This document shows positions 1-8,956 of a stretch of DNA of 32,000 nucleotides, piece by piece. The number at the start of each line of letters is the position of its first letter. Position 1 is the first letter of the stretch. The notes under the pieces were generated by a model, which was given only the letters and a program-made list of their open reading frames with translations, did not search any database and was not told the DNA's origin. This DNA is from Phycisphaera mikurensis NBRC 102666. Its GTDB lineage: Bacteria > Planctomycetota > Phycisphaerae > Phycisphaerales > Phycisphaeraceae. The stretch is taken from NCBI RefSeq assembly GCF_000284115.1, contig NC_017080.1, forward strand, positions 2,730,001 through 2,762,000, in the 5' to 3' direction. The position numbers were made by a program, and so were the translations under genes.

Positions 1-2
1 TG

Positions 3-86
3 CTGCGCTTCCTGCAGAAGACGCGGGCGGAGATGCGGAGCGCCGAGGACGCGCCGCGGGACGCCGGCGGGTACCTGCTCAATTGA
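3..86 (+). CDS. C-terminal end of an unidentified CDS (partial, runs off left edge)
   Basis: Open frame from the window edge (..LRFLQKTRAEMRSAEDAPRDAGGYLLN*) ending at TGA 84-86, adjoining the next gene. Confidence 0.45.
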   Translation: MRFLQKTRAEMRSAEDAPRDAGGYLLN

Positions 87-637
87 GTCCGGCGGCTGCG
101 CGGTCGGTGGAGCTTCGGCGCTGCGGATCCACAAACGCGGTCGCGGCGGCGTGGTGCCGCGGCGGCGGGGGCCTGCCGGTGTGCGTCTCGGCGTCGACGC
201 AGACCGGTGGACGCGGGCAGTGGGGGCGGGCGTGGCTGAGCCCGGCGGGCGGGTGCTGGTTCACGCTGGCGGTGTCGGGGAGCGTCGGCGACGGCGAGGG
301 CCTGCCGCTCGCGGCGGCGGCGGCGGTCGGGCGGGGGATCCGAGCGGCGACGGGGCTGGAGCCCGAGCGGGTCGCACCCAACGACCTGCTGATCGGCGGG
401 GCAAAGGTGGCGGGGCTGCTTTGCGAGCGGCTGGCGCTGGCGGGCGGGACCGGGGGCGGAGGCGGCGCCACGCTCGTGGGCGTGGGGATTAACGCGAACG
501 CCGTGCCGGCGGCGGGCGCAGCGCTCCGCCGCCCCGCCGCCTCGCTGGCGGCGGCGGCGGGGAAGCGGATCGACCTGCCGCGCCTCCGGGAGGCGTGCGT
601 CGCCGAGCTGCTCTCGCTGCGGATGCCCACGCCGTGA
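83..637 (+). CDS. birA: Biotin--[acetyl-CoA-carboxylase] ligase family protein (start uncertain)
   Basis: Motifs typical of biotin protein ligase: 'STQTGGRGQWGRAWLSPAGGCWFTLAV', 'APNDLLIGGAKVAGLL', 'LVGVGINANA'. TTG start as in the ORF track; stop overlaps the next gene. Confidence 0.75.
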   Translation: MSPAAARSVELRRCGSTNAVAAAWCRGGGGLPVCVSASTQTGGRGQWGRAWLSPAGGCWFTLAVSGSVGDGEGLPLAAAAAVGRGIRAATGLEPERVAPNDLLIGGAKVAGLLCERLALAGGTGGGGGATLVGVGINANAVPAAGAALRRPAASLAAAAGKRIDLPRLREACVAELLSLRMPTP

Positions 638-2388
638 CGCGGCCCGCCGCCTCGCTCCGCGGCCGGCTCCTCGTGCTGATCATGGTGGCCGTCGGCTGCT
701 TGCCGGTGCTGCTCTTCCTCGGGGATGCGCCGCTGCGGGGCAGCTCCGAAGCCCGGTACGCCCGGGTCGCCCAGCTGACCGCGGCGGAGCCGGCGCCGGC
801 GGGCGCCGCACCGCGGTGGCTGGTCCCGCGGACGGACACCGGGCCGCACCTCACCAAGCCGCCGCTCGCCTACGCGGCGATGGCGGTGTCGATGCGGGTG
901 CTCGGCGAGACCCCGCTGGCGGCGCGGCTGCCGGGGGCGCTTTCGGCGTGCGGCGTGCTGGCGCTCCTGGGCTTCGTCGCCCTCCGGCTGCACGGGCCGG
1001 GCGTGGCGGCGGTGGCGGTGGGCGTGCTCGCGATCACGCCGCTGCACGTCGCGGTCGCTCGGGTCGCGACGACCGACGCCATGCTGGCGCTGGCCTCGCT
1101 GGGGACGCTGGCGGCGGGGCTGCTCGCGCGGGCGGCGGGGCCGAGCCGCCGCGTCACGCTGCTGTTCCACGGCTCGATCGCGCTGGGCCTGCTTGCGAAG
1201 GGGCCGATCGCTCTGCTGCCCGCCGGGCTGGTGCTGGGGTGGCTCGCGCTGCCGCCGGCGGACCGGGCGGCGTTGCGGCGGCTGCGCCCGGGGGTCGGCC
1301 TGCCGCTGGCCTGCCTGCCGCTGGCGGCGTGGGCGGGTGGAGTGGCCTGGCACGACCCCGCGGCCGCGGAGCTGTGGTGGCAGGAGACGGTCGGCCGCGT
1401 GGGCGCCTCGGCCGACCACCCCAAGCCTTGGTGGTACCTGCTGCCCTTCTTCGCGCTGGGGCTGTGGCCGGTGACGCTGCTGCTGCCGCTGGCGGGCCCG
1501 CGGCGGGCCCTGGCGGCGGCCGCCGCGGGCGCGAGGCGCAAGCACCCGGCGTCGCTGCTCGCCCCGGCGGCCGCCGCCCCGCTGCTGCTGTTCACGCTGT
1601 TCACCGGGAAGCTGCCGACCTACCTGCTGCCGTGCGCCGCGCCGCTGGCGTGGTGCGTCGGGCTGCGCTTCGGGCGTGGCGAGCGGGAGGTGCCGGCCTC
1701 GGGCGTGGCGAGCCTGGCCGCGTCGTTGGCGCTGCCCGCGGCGGCCGTGGCGGTGCTCGCGGCGCGGCCCGGCCTCGCCGGGGCGGATTGGATCGCCTAC
1801 GCGTCGCACCCGGCGTTGCCGCAGGCCGCCGTCGGCCTGGGCGCCGGCTGCGTGCTCGTCGCGACGCTGGCCCTCGCTTGGCGTGGCCGCTCCCGCGGCG
1901 CGGTGCCCGCCGGGGCGGCTTTCGCCGTCGTGGTCGCGTGCTGGGGCGTGCTCGCCCGGACCGAGGCCCGGGTGCTTACCGACACCGCGACCCCGCGCTG
2001 GGTCGCCGAGGCGGCCGCCCGCAGCGGCCTCGCGTCGCCGCAGGTCTGGACCGCCGGCTTCGACGATCCCGCGCTGCCCTTCGTCACCGGGAGGCCGACG
2101 CGGAAGGTGCACCTGCCGCTGGATCGCCGACGCTGGGCCCGGCTGGTGGAGGTCCCGCGCGTGCTGGCGGCCACGCCGGCGGCGTGGGAGGCGATGCGGT
2201 CGGCGATGCCCAACGAGCACCGCCGGGCCTTCGAGGATCTCGGCCGCCTGCCGATGCGGGACGTGCCGCCGCCCTGGTCCGGGGTCCGCCTGTTCCGCGT
2301 CACGCCGACGCCAGCCGCAGCTGATCCCGCACCACCGCCCGCATCGCCGGCACCTTCAGCCAAGCCGAGCGGCGACGCTGATCGGTGA
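634..2388 (+). CDS. ArnT-like (PMT/GT39-type) membrane glycosyltransferase
   Basis: GTG start at 634 overlapping the previous TGA (GTGA). N-terminal TM, 'DAPLRGSSEARYARVAQ' and 'PPLAYAAMAVSMRVLGETPLAARLPGAL' patterns typical of the family, many hydrophobic segments. Confidence 0.8.
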   Translation: MTRPAASLRGRLLVLIMVAVGCLPVLLFLGDAPLRGSSEARYARVAQLTAAEPAPAGAAPRWLVPRTDTGPHLTKPPLAYAAMAVSMRVLGETPLAARLPGALSACGVLALLGFVALRLHGPGVAAVAVGVLAITPLHVAVARVATTDAMLALASLGTLAAGLLARAAGPSRRVTLLFHGSIALGLLAKGPIALLPAGLVLGWLALPPADRAALRRLRPGVGLPLACLPLAAWAGGVAWHDPAAAELWWQETVGRVGASADHPKPWWYLLPFFALGLWPVTLLLPLAGPRRALAAAAAGARRKHPASLLAPAAAAPLLLFTLFTGKLPTYLLPCAAPLAWCVGLRFGRGEREVPASGVASLAASLALPAAAVAVLAARPGLAGADWIAYASHPALPQAAVGLGAGCVLVATLALAWRGRSRGAVPAGAAFAVVVACWGVLARTEARVLTDTATPRWVAEAAARSGLASPQVWTAGFDDPALPFVTGRPTRKVHLPLDRRRWARLVEVPRVLAATPAAWEAMRSAMPNEHRRAFEDLGRLPMRDVPPPWSGVRLFRVTPTPAAADPAPPPASPAPSAKPSGDADR

Positions 2389-3244
2389 GCGTGACCCGCC
2401 CCCGGAGCGCCGGTTCGGCGGCGAAGACGCGCCTGATCTTCGTGGGGTGGTTGCACTGGCTCGAGCGGTGCAGCAGCACGACCCGCCGGGGGTTGCCGCC
2501 CCCCGAGCGTTCGCGGATGGCGGCCACGGCGGCGAAGGCCTGCTCGTTGGAGAGGTGGCCGGAGTCGGAGAGGTTCCGCCGGTTGACGAAGCTCGGCCGG
2601 CTCGACCGCGTCGTCATGCCCGCGTCGTAGTTGCTCTCCAGGCAGAGGAGGTCGACGCCGGCGAGCAGGGCGATGAGTGCCTCGGGCACGTGGCCCAGGT
2701 CGGTCGCGTAGCCGACGTGCACCGCGGCGTGCCGCAGCGAGGCGGCCCACCGGGCCTCGAAGCGGTAGCCGGTCGTGCCCTGCCGGTCGTGCTGGAGCCG
2801 GGTGGTCTCGGCGCGCACGCCGGGGATCACGCCGAAGGGTTCGTTCTCGCTGAAGGTCTGCACCAGCCCGGCGGCGAACAGCCGGTTCGCGCCGCGCAGG
2901 CGGCGGAGCTCGTCGAGGTGCCAGCGGTGGCAGAACAGCCGGGCCCGCAAGCCGACGAGCGCGGCCACCCATCCCGGCCGGAAGTGGTCCCGATCGAAGT
3001 GCGTGACGCACACCGCCTTCACCTCGCAGAGGTCCGAGCCCGCCTGCGCCAGCCGGGCCGCCGTCGCGCGGGGCGAGAACCCCGCGTCGATCAGCACGAC
3101 GCCCGCCTCCACGCGGAGTGCCGCGGAGTTGCCGCCGGAGCCGGAGCCGAGCACGCAGAGCGACGGACGCGGGAGCGGCACCGGCCGCGGACGGGCCGTG
3201 CCCCCGTCGCAGCGGGTCTCGAAGAGCGCGGGGGCGAACGACAT
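2300..3244 (-). CDS. MBL-fold metallohydrolase, YycJ/WalJ-like
   Basis: 'LGSGSGGNSAALRVEAGVVLIDAGFS', 'VCVTHFDRDHFRPG', 'VGYATDLGHV', 'LCLESNYD', 'SDSGHLSNEQA'. ATG at 3244 preceded by AGGAGG Shine-Dalgarno with 6 nt spacing. Confidence 0.8.
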   Translation of the reverse strand: MSFAPALFETRCDGGTARPRPVPLPRPSLCVLGSGSGGNSAALRVEAGVVLIDAGFSPRATAARLAQAGSDLCEVKAVCVTHFDRDHFRPGWVAALVGLRARLFCHRWHLDELRRLRGANRLFAAGLVQTFSENEPFGVIPGVRAETTRLQHDRQGTTGYRFEARWAASLRHAAVHVGYATDLGHVPEALIALLAGVDLLCLESNYDAGMTTRSSRPSFVNRRNLSDSGHLSNEQAFAAVAAIRERSGGGNPRRVVLLHRSSQCNHPTKIRRVFAAEPALRGRVTLTDQRRRSAWLKVPAMRAVVRDQLRLASA

Positions 3245-3501
3245 CCTTGTCCTCCTGGGGCGGGTGCGGGCTGGCGGCGGCTCCCTGCCGCGCGGAGCCA
3301 TCATTAGGGCCCCGGCCGACGTGCTCCGCGGACCCACGCCCAGGCGCCGGCACGGCGGGTGGATCCGCGGATCCCGCCGCCCCACCGGGCCTGCTGCAAT
3401 CGATCGAATCCGCCCGCGTTGCACCCTCCGGGCGAGGGCCGATTAGGATGCCGACGTGGGCATTCGCCCGACCCCCTCCCGATCCCTTGGAGTCTGGAGC
3501 C

Positions 3502-6500
3502 ATGTGCTTTCCCCCGATCGCGGCCCACGCGATGCAGCGCCTCCGGCGCCGGCGCGTTCTCGCTGCGCTCGGCCTCTCGCTGGCGGCGACCGCGGCGGCG
3601 CGGCCGGCGGAGATCCGCTTCCCGGTGGACCGGACGGAGGCGACGGCCGGAAGCCCGCGGATGATCGCGTTCGAGCTGCCCGAGGCCGCCGCGGCGGACG
3701 CCCGCTTCGAGGCGTCGAGCTCCGACCCTTCGGTGCTGAGCATTCTCGAACCCGGTCGCGTCCTCGCGGGCGAGACGCTGGGCTTCCTGCGGGTGCGGGG
3801 GGAGGCCGACGGCTCCGCGAGCGTGGCGCTGGGCGACGCGAGCCTCCGGGTGGACGTGCGGCCTCAGCTGCCCGGGCCGCTGACGCGGGCGAGGACGCCG
3901 CGCCTCGTGTGCCCGCCGGCGGGCGCGGCGGTCTGGGGCACCGTCGGCGTCGGCGCGCGCTGGACCGACGACCTGGGCACCGGCGTGCCCGCCGAGGCGC
4001 GGCTCGTGCTGCCCGACGGGACCCGCGTCGAGCCGGTGGAGCACGCCGGCCCGGGCAGCGACGCGTGGGTCGCCTTCGACCTCGACACCGCCGGTTTCGC
4101 GCCCGGCCCGCTGCGCCTCGTCGTCGAGCGGCCGGCCGGAGGCACGCTCCCCCCGCTCCGCAGCGAGCCGATCGTCGTCCTCGTCGCGGACCCCGCGACG
4201 CTGGAGCTTCGGGAGGGCGAGGCGGAAGCGGGCCTGCCCGGGCCGCTGCCGCGACGGCTCGGCGGCGACCGCAAGCCCGCAACGATCGACGACGACGAAG
4301 CCGCGGGCGGCAGAGCCTTCGCGGGCAACTCGCCCCGGCCCGCCTTCGCCTACCCGCTGCGCGTCGAGCGAGCCGGCTGGCACCAGGCCTTCGCCCGCGT
4401 GCGCGGCTCCTTCTCGACCGGCGGCTTCCCGGCGCTTGGCTTGGGCGTGGACGCGGAGCAGCACCCACGCGTGGCCGGCAACTCGATGGGCACCCGCTGG
4501 CACCGCATCGCGGTGGGCTCGCCGGTGTACCTGGAGCCGCCGGTTGGGGACGAGCCCACCGACGACCGGGAGGCGCGGCCCGATTGGCTCGGCGAGGATC
4601 AGCTGCTGCTCTCCTACCGCTTCGTCAACGACCACGCGATCGGCGGGGGCGGGAAGGATCGCGCGAAGCGGACGAGCGAAGACCGCAACGTCCGCATCGA
4701 CCGCTGGGAGATCGCTCGCCTGCCCGCGGGTCCGGGGCTGACGCTGCCCGCGGCCGCGGAGGCGGCCGCCGACGCCGGGCTCGACCGCGGCGACGAGGCC
4801 GACCGGCTGCATGTGAGCCTCGACCCGCGCCCCGCGGGCTGGCGGGTCTCGGGCGGCTTCGACATCGGCGGACTCGCCTCGGCACCCGGTGCCGGGGACG
4901 AGGGGCCGGCGCCCTCGAACACGCTGTTCCTCAACGACCGCCCGCTCTCGACGCAGACCGGCCGCGCGCCACGGTTCCGCGTCCCGGCGGAGGCGCTGCG
5001 GCCGGGCACCAACCGGCTCCAGCTCCGCTCGCGGCTCGAGCTCGCCGAGGCCTGGACGCCGCCGATTGCGGTCCTGGCGCCGCAGACTTCCGGCCGCGCG
5101 GCCGATGCCGCGCACCCACCCTCCGCCGCGGCTCGCTTCGCGGTGGACGGCGGCGCCTGGCGGAGGCCGGAGGCAGACGAGGCGGGCCCGGCGCTCTCCG
5201 TCCGCCGCGCCGGGGGCGGCGCCTGGAGCGAGTACGCCTTCCACAGCAACGCCACCGCCCTGCTCGAGCTGCCGCCGTCGCTTCAGGGCGCCTACACCGG
5301 CTCCGTGGAGGGCCGCCCGCAGTGGTTCGAAGGGCCGCCGAGGTTCGCCGTGGAGCTCGTCGCCGGCGGCCGGACGCGGCCCCTGGGGGAGCACGAACTG
5401 CGCGGACCGGAGGCTTCCTTCGGCGAGGTCGAGCTCCCGCCGGGGCCCAAGACCCTGCGGTTCTCCTTCGTGAACGACCGGTACGACGCGAAGAGCAAGC
5501 GGGACCGCAACCTGTTCCTCCGGGCGATCCGTCTCGAGCCCGCCTCCGGACCGGACCAGGCGGCGCCCGCGGGCGAGGTCCGCTGGCCCGCGCCCGGCGC
5601 GACGCTGGGCGGCTTCGCCTGGATCGTCGCCGACGTCGCGGACGCCCGCGGCGTCGTGCGGGCTTGGCCGATGCTCGACGGCCGGCCGGCGGGTCCGCCG
5701 GTGAACGTCGAGCCCGGAGCGGGACGGATCCTGGTCCCGCTGGTGCTCCGCGGCATCGCGGGGGAGCACGCGGTCTCGGTGCGGCTCGAGGACGCGGCAA
5801 AGAACCGCACCGACACCGCGGCCGTTGCGGTGCGGGTGGGGGGCGACCGCGGCGAGCGCCTCGCCGAGGCGGTCTTCGTGCTCAACCGCCTGGGCTTCGG
5901 ACCCGAGCCCGCCGCCCTCGCCGATGCGCTGGTGGAGGGCCCGCGGGCGTGGGCGCTGGCGCAGCTGCGGAAGCCCGGCGGTCCCGGCGCGGCCGCCGCC
6001 CTGGCCCGCGCCGCGTCGGTGGCCTCCGACGACTTCGCCGGCGGCCAGGTGCAGCGGCGTGGGCTCTCGTGGCTGCTCGCCGTGCCCGACCCGCTGAAGG
6101 CGCGGCGGGTCGCTTTCCTCGACAACCACTTCACGACGTGGATCCAGAAGGTGCAGCCCGAGCGGCAGGCGGCGTCCTTCGGCGACCTGGTCGAGGCCGC
6201 CGACCGGCCCTTCTTCGAGCTGCTCCTGGCCTCGGCCACCAGCCCCTCGATGCTGCGCTACCTCGACCAGCAGCGGTCCTTCGTCGGCCGGATCAACGAG
6301 AACTACGCACGCGAGATCCTCGAGCTGCACACCGTCGGCGTGCACGGCGGCTACACGCAGCAAGACGTCACCGACCTCGCGGCGGTGCTGACCGGCCTCA
6401 CCGCCGCCCACGCCGTCGACAACGCGCCGATCGCCAACCGCGTCCGCCAGGCGTTCGCCTTCGTGCCCGGCCGGCACGACCCCCGCGCCGCGGAGGTGTT

Positions 6501-7281
6501 CGGCCTGGACCTGCCGACCGCCACCAACGCCGAGGGAGGCGTCGACGCCGTCGCCGCCTTCGATCGGATCCGCCGCGTGCTCGAGGCGCTCGCCGCGCAC
6601 CCGGCCACGGCCGCCTACCTCGCCGACAAGCTCGCCGACCACCACCTCGGCGCCGCCGAGGCGGGCGACCGCCGGGACGCGGGCGTCCGCGGTGCGATGG
6701 CCGAGGCCTTCCTCCGCCACCAGGGGCGGCTGCCCGAGGTCCTCGACGCGATGGTGGAGCACCCGGCTTTCGCCGCGGCGATGGCCCGGGCGGTGGAGTC
6801 GGGCCCGACCGCGGACGCCCGCGTGGCGCGCCCGCTCGACGCCGCCGTCCGGCTGCAGCGGGTGATGGGGCAGGTCGAGCCCAACGCGGCCGCCAGTTAC
6901 CTCGCCGGGGCCGGCTTCGCCCTCTTCAACCGCGAGACCCCCGACGGCTACCCCGACGAAGACGCCGCCTACGCCGACTCGAACGCAACGCTGCAGCGCT
7001 GGCGCTACGCCGCCCGCGCCGCCGCCCGCATCGCCAACGGCCTGCCCTACGCGCTGCGCAAGCCCACGCCCGACGCCGCGTCGACGCCCGCGAAGCTGGC
7101 CGCCTGGCGGCAACGCGTCGTGGACACGCTCGCCGGCACGCTCACCGGGGGCTTGCTCTTGGAGCCGTCCAACGCCGCCGCCCTCTCGGTGCTCGAGGCC
7201 GCCGGCGCGTCGGTCAGCGACAGAGACGTGCGGACCGTCGCGGCCCTGGTCTCCCAGCTGCCCGAGGCCGCGCTCCGCTAG
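3502..7281 (+). CDS. Large secreted DUF1800-domain protein with long N-terminal multidomain region
   Basis: ATG at 3502, signal-like N-terminus. C-terminal 'FVLNRLGFGPEP...FLDNHFTTWIQKV...YLDQQRSFVGRINENYAREILELHTVGVHGGYTQQDVTDLAAVLTG' is characteristic of DUF1800. Confidence 0.85.
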   Translation: MCFPPIAAHAMQRLRRRRVLAALGLSLAATAAARPAEIRFPVDRTEATAGSPRMIAFELPEAAAADARFEASSSDPSVLSILEPGRVLAGETLGFLRVRGEADGSASVALGDASLRVDVRPQLPGPLTRARTPRLVCPPAGAAVWGTVGVGARWTDDLGTGVPAEARLVLPDGTRVEPVEHAGPGSDAWVAFDLDTAGFAPGPLRLVVERPAGGTLPPLRSEPIVVLVADPATLELREGEAEAGLPGPLPRRLGGDRKPATIDDDEAAGGRAFAGNSPRPAFAYPLRVERAGWHQAFARVRGSFSTGGFPALGLGVDAEQHPRVAGNSMGTRWHRIAVGSPVYLEPPVGDEPTDDREARPDWLGEDQLLLSYRFVNDHAIGGGGKDRAKRTSEDRNVRIDRWEIARLPAGPGLTLPAAAEAAADAGLDRGDEADRLHVSLDPRPAGWRVSGGFDIGGLASAPGAGDEGPAPSNTLFLNDRPLSTQTGRAPRFRVPAEALRPGTNRLQLRSRLELAEAWTPPIAVLAPQTSGRAADAAHPPSAAARFAVDGGAWRRPEADEAGPALSVRRAGGGAWSEYAFHSNATALLELPPSLQGAYTGSVEGRPQWFEGPPRFAVELVAGGRTRPLGEHELRGPEASFGEVELPPGPKTLRFSFVNDRYDAKSKRDRNLFLRAIRLEPASGPDQAAPAGEVRWPAPGATLGGFAWIVADVADARGVVRAWPMLDGRPAGPPVNVEPGAGRILVPLVLRGIAGEHAVSVRLEDAAKNRTDTAAVAVRVGGDRGERLAEAVFVLNRLGFGPEPAALADALVEGPRAWALAQLRKPGGPGAAAALARAASVASDDFAGGQVQRRGLSWLLAVPDPLKARRVAFLDNHFTTWIQKVQPERQAASFGDLVEAADRPFFELLLASATSPSMLRYLDQQRSFVGRINENYAREILELHTVGVHGGYTQQDVTDLAAVLTGLTAAHAVDNAPIANRVRQAFAFVPGRHDPRAAEVFGLDLPTATNAEGGVDAVAAFDRIRRVLEALAAHPATAAYLADKLADHHLGAAEAGDRRDAGVRGAMAEAFLRHQGRLPEVLDAMVEHPAFAAAMARAVESGPTADARVARPLDAAVRLQRVMGQVEPNAAASYLAGAGFALFNRETPDGYPDEDAAYADSNATLQRWRYAARAAARIANGLPYALRKPTPDAASTPAKLAAWRQRVVDTLAGTLTGGLLLEPSNAAALSVLEAAGASVSDRDVRTVAALVSQLPEAALR

Positions 7282-7473
7282 GAGCGACGCGGCGGCGAGA
7301 CCGCCCGCAACGGCACCGCCGCGGGCGGGCGGAACCCGCAGCCCGCCCTCACCGCCCCCGGAACCTCCAAGCCCCCCGGTCCTCTCTCCGGTTCCCCCAC
7401 GCGGCCGAACCCCTCTGCCCTGCGAACGAACGCCGCTCGCCCCGGCCCTCCAACCTCCCACCCCTCCAACCCC

Positions 7474-8766
7474 ATGCGTCTGACCCGCCGCTTCTTCCTG
7501 CGTTCCACCGGAGCCATGGCCGTCTACTGCGCCGTCAACCCGCTCGACGCGGCGCTCGCCGCCTCAATGGACGACCCCGCCGCGCACGTCACCGCGAAGA
7601 ACAAGACCCTCGTCGTCGTGTTCCTCCGCGGCGGCATCGACGGCCTCAACCTCGTGGTGCCCCACGGCGACCCCGCCTACGCGAAGCTGCGCCCGGGGAT
7701 CGGCGTCGCGGCACCGGGCAAGGAGGGCGGGGCGCTGGACCTCGACGGCTTCTTCGGCATGAACCCCCGGGCCGCCGCGCTGATGCCCGCGCTCGCCTCC
7801 GGCGAGGCGATCGCCCTGCAGGCCGTCGGCTACCCCGGCAACAGCCGCAGCCACTTCGAGGAGCAGGACGTCTGGGAGACGGGCGTCAGCGGCAACACCA
7901 TGGGCCACGACGGCTGGCTGAACCGGCACCTGCTCACCTCGACCGGGCACGGCCCGATCCGGGCCGTCGCGCTGTCGGACTCGCTTCCACGCATCCTCCG
8001 CGGCGAGGCGCCGGCCTTCGCTTTCCCCGGCTTGACGGACCTCGGCTTCGGGGGGCGTGGCAACGCGGAGCAGGAGGCTTCGGTGGTCGCCGCCCTCGAG
8101 CAGGCGCACGCCGCCGTCGCGCCCGGCGGCACGCGTGACGCGATCGACCTCGTGCACGCGGCCGGACGCGAGACGCTCGAGGGCGTGAAGGTGCTCCGCG
8201 GCGTCGCCGCCCAGCCCTACGAGCAGTCCGCGAGTTACCCCAGCGGGCAGCTGGGCCAGCGCCTCGCCAGCGCCGCCCGGCTCATCAAGGCCGGCGTCGG
8301 CCTCGAGGTGGTGCAGATCGACTACGGCGGCTGGGACACGCACAACCGCCAGGGTGATGGCGCCCAAGGCAATTTCGGAACCAAGGTCGAGGAGCTCTGC
8401 GGCTCCCTCGCGGCCTTCTCGGAGGACCTCGGGCCCCGGAGCGACGACACCCTCGTGCTCACGCTGTCGGACTTCGGCCGCACCGCCAGGCAGAACGGCA
8501 CCGCCGGCACCGACCACGGCTGGGCGAACGCGATGCTGGCGATGGGCGGGCCCGTCGCCGCGAAGAAGGCCCTCGACCCCGGCCGCGGCCCGGTGATGGG
8601 GGCTTGGCCGGGGCTTGGGCCGGAGCAGCTGCACCAGAAGCGAGACCTTAAGCACACCACCGACTTCCGCGACGTGCTCGCGGAGGTGGTGACCTCCCAC
8701 CTGGGCAACGCGAACCTGCCGAAGGTGCTGCCGGGGCACGCGTTCTCGCCGGTGGGGCTGCTGTAG
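7474..8766 (+). CDS. Secreted DUF1501-domain protein
   Basis: 'MRLTRRFFLRSTGAMAVY' twin-arginine-like leader; 'KTLVVVFLRGGIDGLNLVVPHGDPAYAKLRPGIGV', 'FLRG-DG', 'TLVLTLSDFGRTARQNGTAGTDHG' typical of DUF1501; directly downstream of DUF1800 as is common. Confidence 0.9.
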   Translation: MRLTRRFFLRSTGAMAVYCAVNPLDAALAASMDDPAAHVTAKNKTLVVVFLRGGIDGLNLVVPHGDPAYAKLRPGIGVAAPGKEGGALDLDGFFGMNPRAAALMPALASGEAIALQAVGYPGNSRSHFEEQDVWETGVSGNTMGHDGWLNRHLLTSTGHGPIRAVALSDSLPRILRGEAPAFAFPGLTDLGFGGRGNAEQEASVVAALEQAHAAVAPGGTRDAIDLVHAAGRETLEGVKVLRGVAAQPYEQSASYPSGQLGQRLASAARLIKAGVGLEVVQIDYGGWDTHNRQGDGAQGNFGTKVEELCGSLAAFSEDLGPRSDDTLVLTLSDFGRTARQNGTAGTDHGWANAMLAMGGPVAAKKALDPGRGPVMGAWPGLGPEQLHQKRDLKHTTDFRDVLAEVVTSHLGNANLPKVLPGHAFSPVGLL

Positions 8767-8823
8767 TCGGTGGTCCGCGGCGCGGGGGGCGGGAAGAGCG
8801 GTCGGGGATCCCGGTTCGGGCCC

Positions 8824-8868
8824 GGCTCTGGGTCTGGCTCTGGGTCGGGGCCTGGGTCTGGTCCTGGA
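8824..8868. repeat. Degenerate short tandem repeat, unit about GGCTCTGGGTCT
   Basis: Sequence ggctctgggtctggctctgggtcggggcctgggtctggtcctgg between the DUF1501 gene and mgtE. Confidence 0.6.
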
Positions 8869-8956
8869 CGTGCGACGCCTCCGAGAGAGACACGTCCGCG
8901 CGCGTCTCGGCATCGGCACCGCCGCCGCGTAGCCCCCGGCCCGCCGCCCCTCGGCC

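Noticed and set aside
3444-3449. TAGGAT as a leaderless promoter for the DUF1800 gene
   Set aside because: It is 52 nt before the ATG; it could be a conventional promoter but chance occurrence at that distance is appreciable, so not counted with the eight close hexamers.
79-7461. Long minus-strand ORFs (79..2220, 713 aa; 3304..7461, 1385 aa) opposite the glycosyltransferase and DUF1800 genes
   Set aside because: Arg/Gly/Pro/Ala-rich composition with no motifs and complete antisense overlap with genes having clear family motifs; expected high-GC shadow ORFs.
3456-8138. 1560-aa plus-strand ORF
   Set aside because: Alternate frame of the DUF1800 gene, with extreme Arg/Pro composition and spanning into DUF1501; the overlapping frame has the real motifs.
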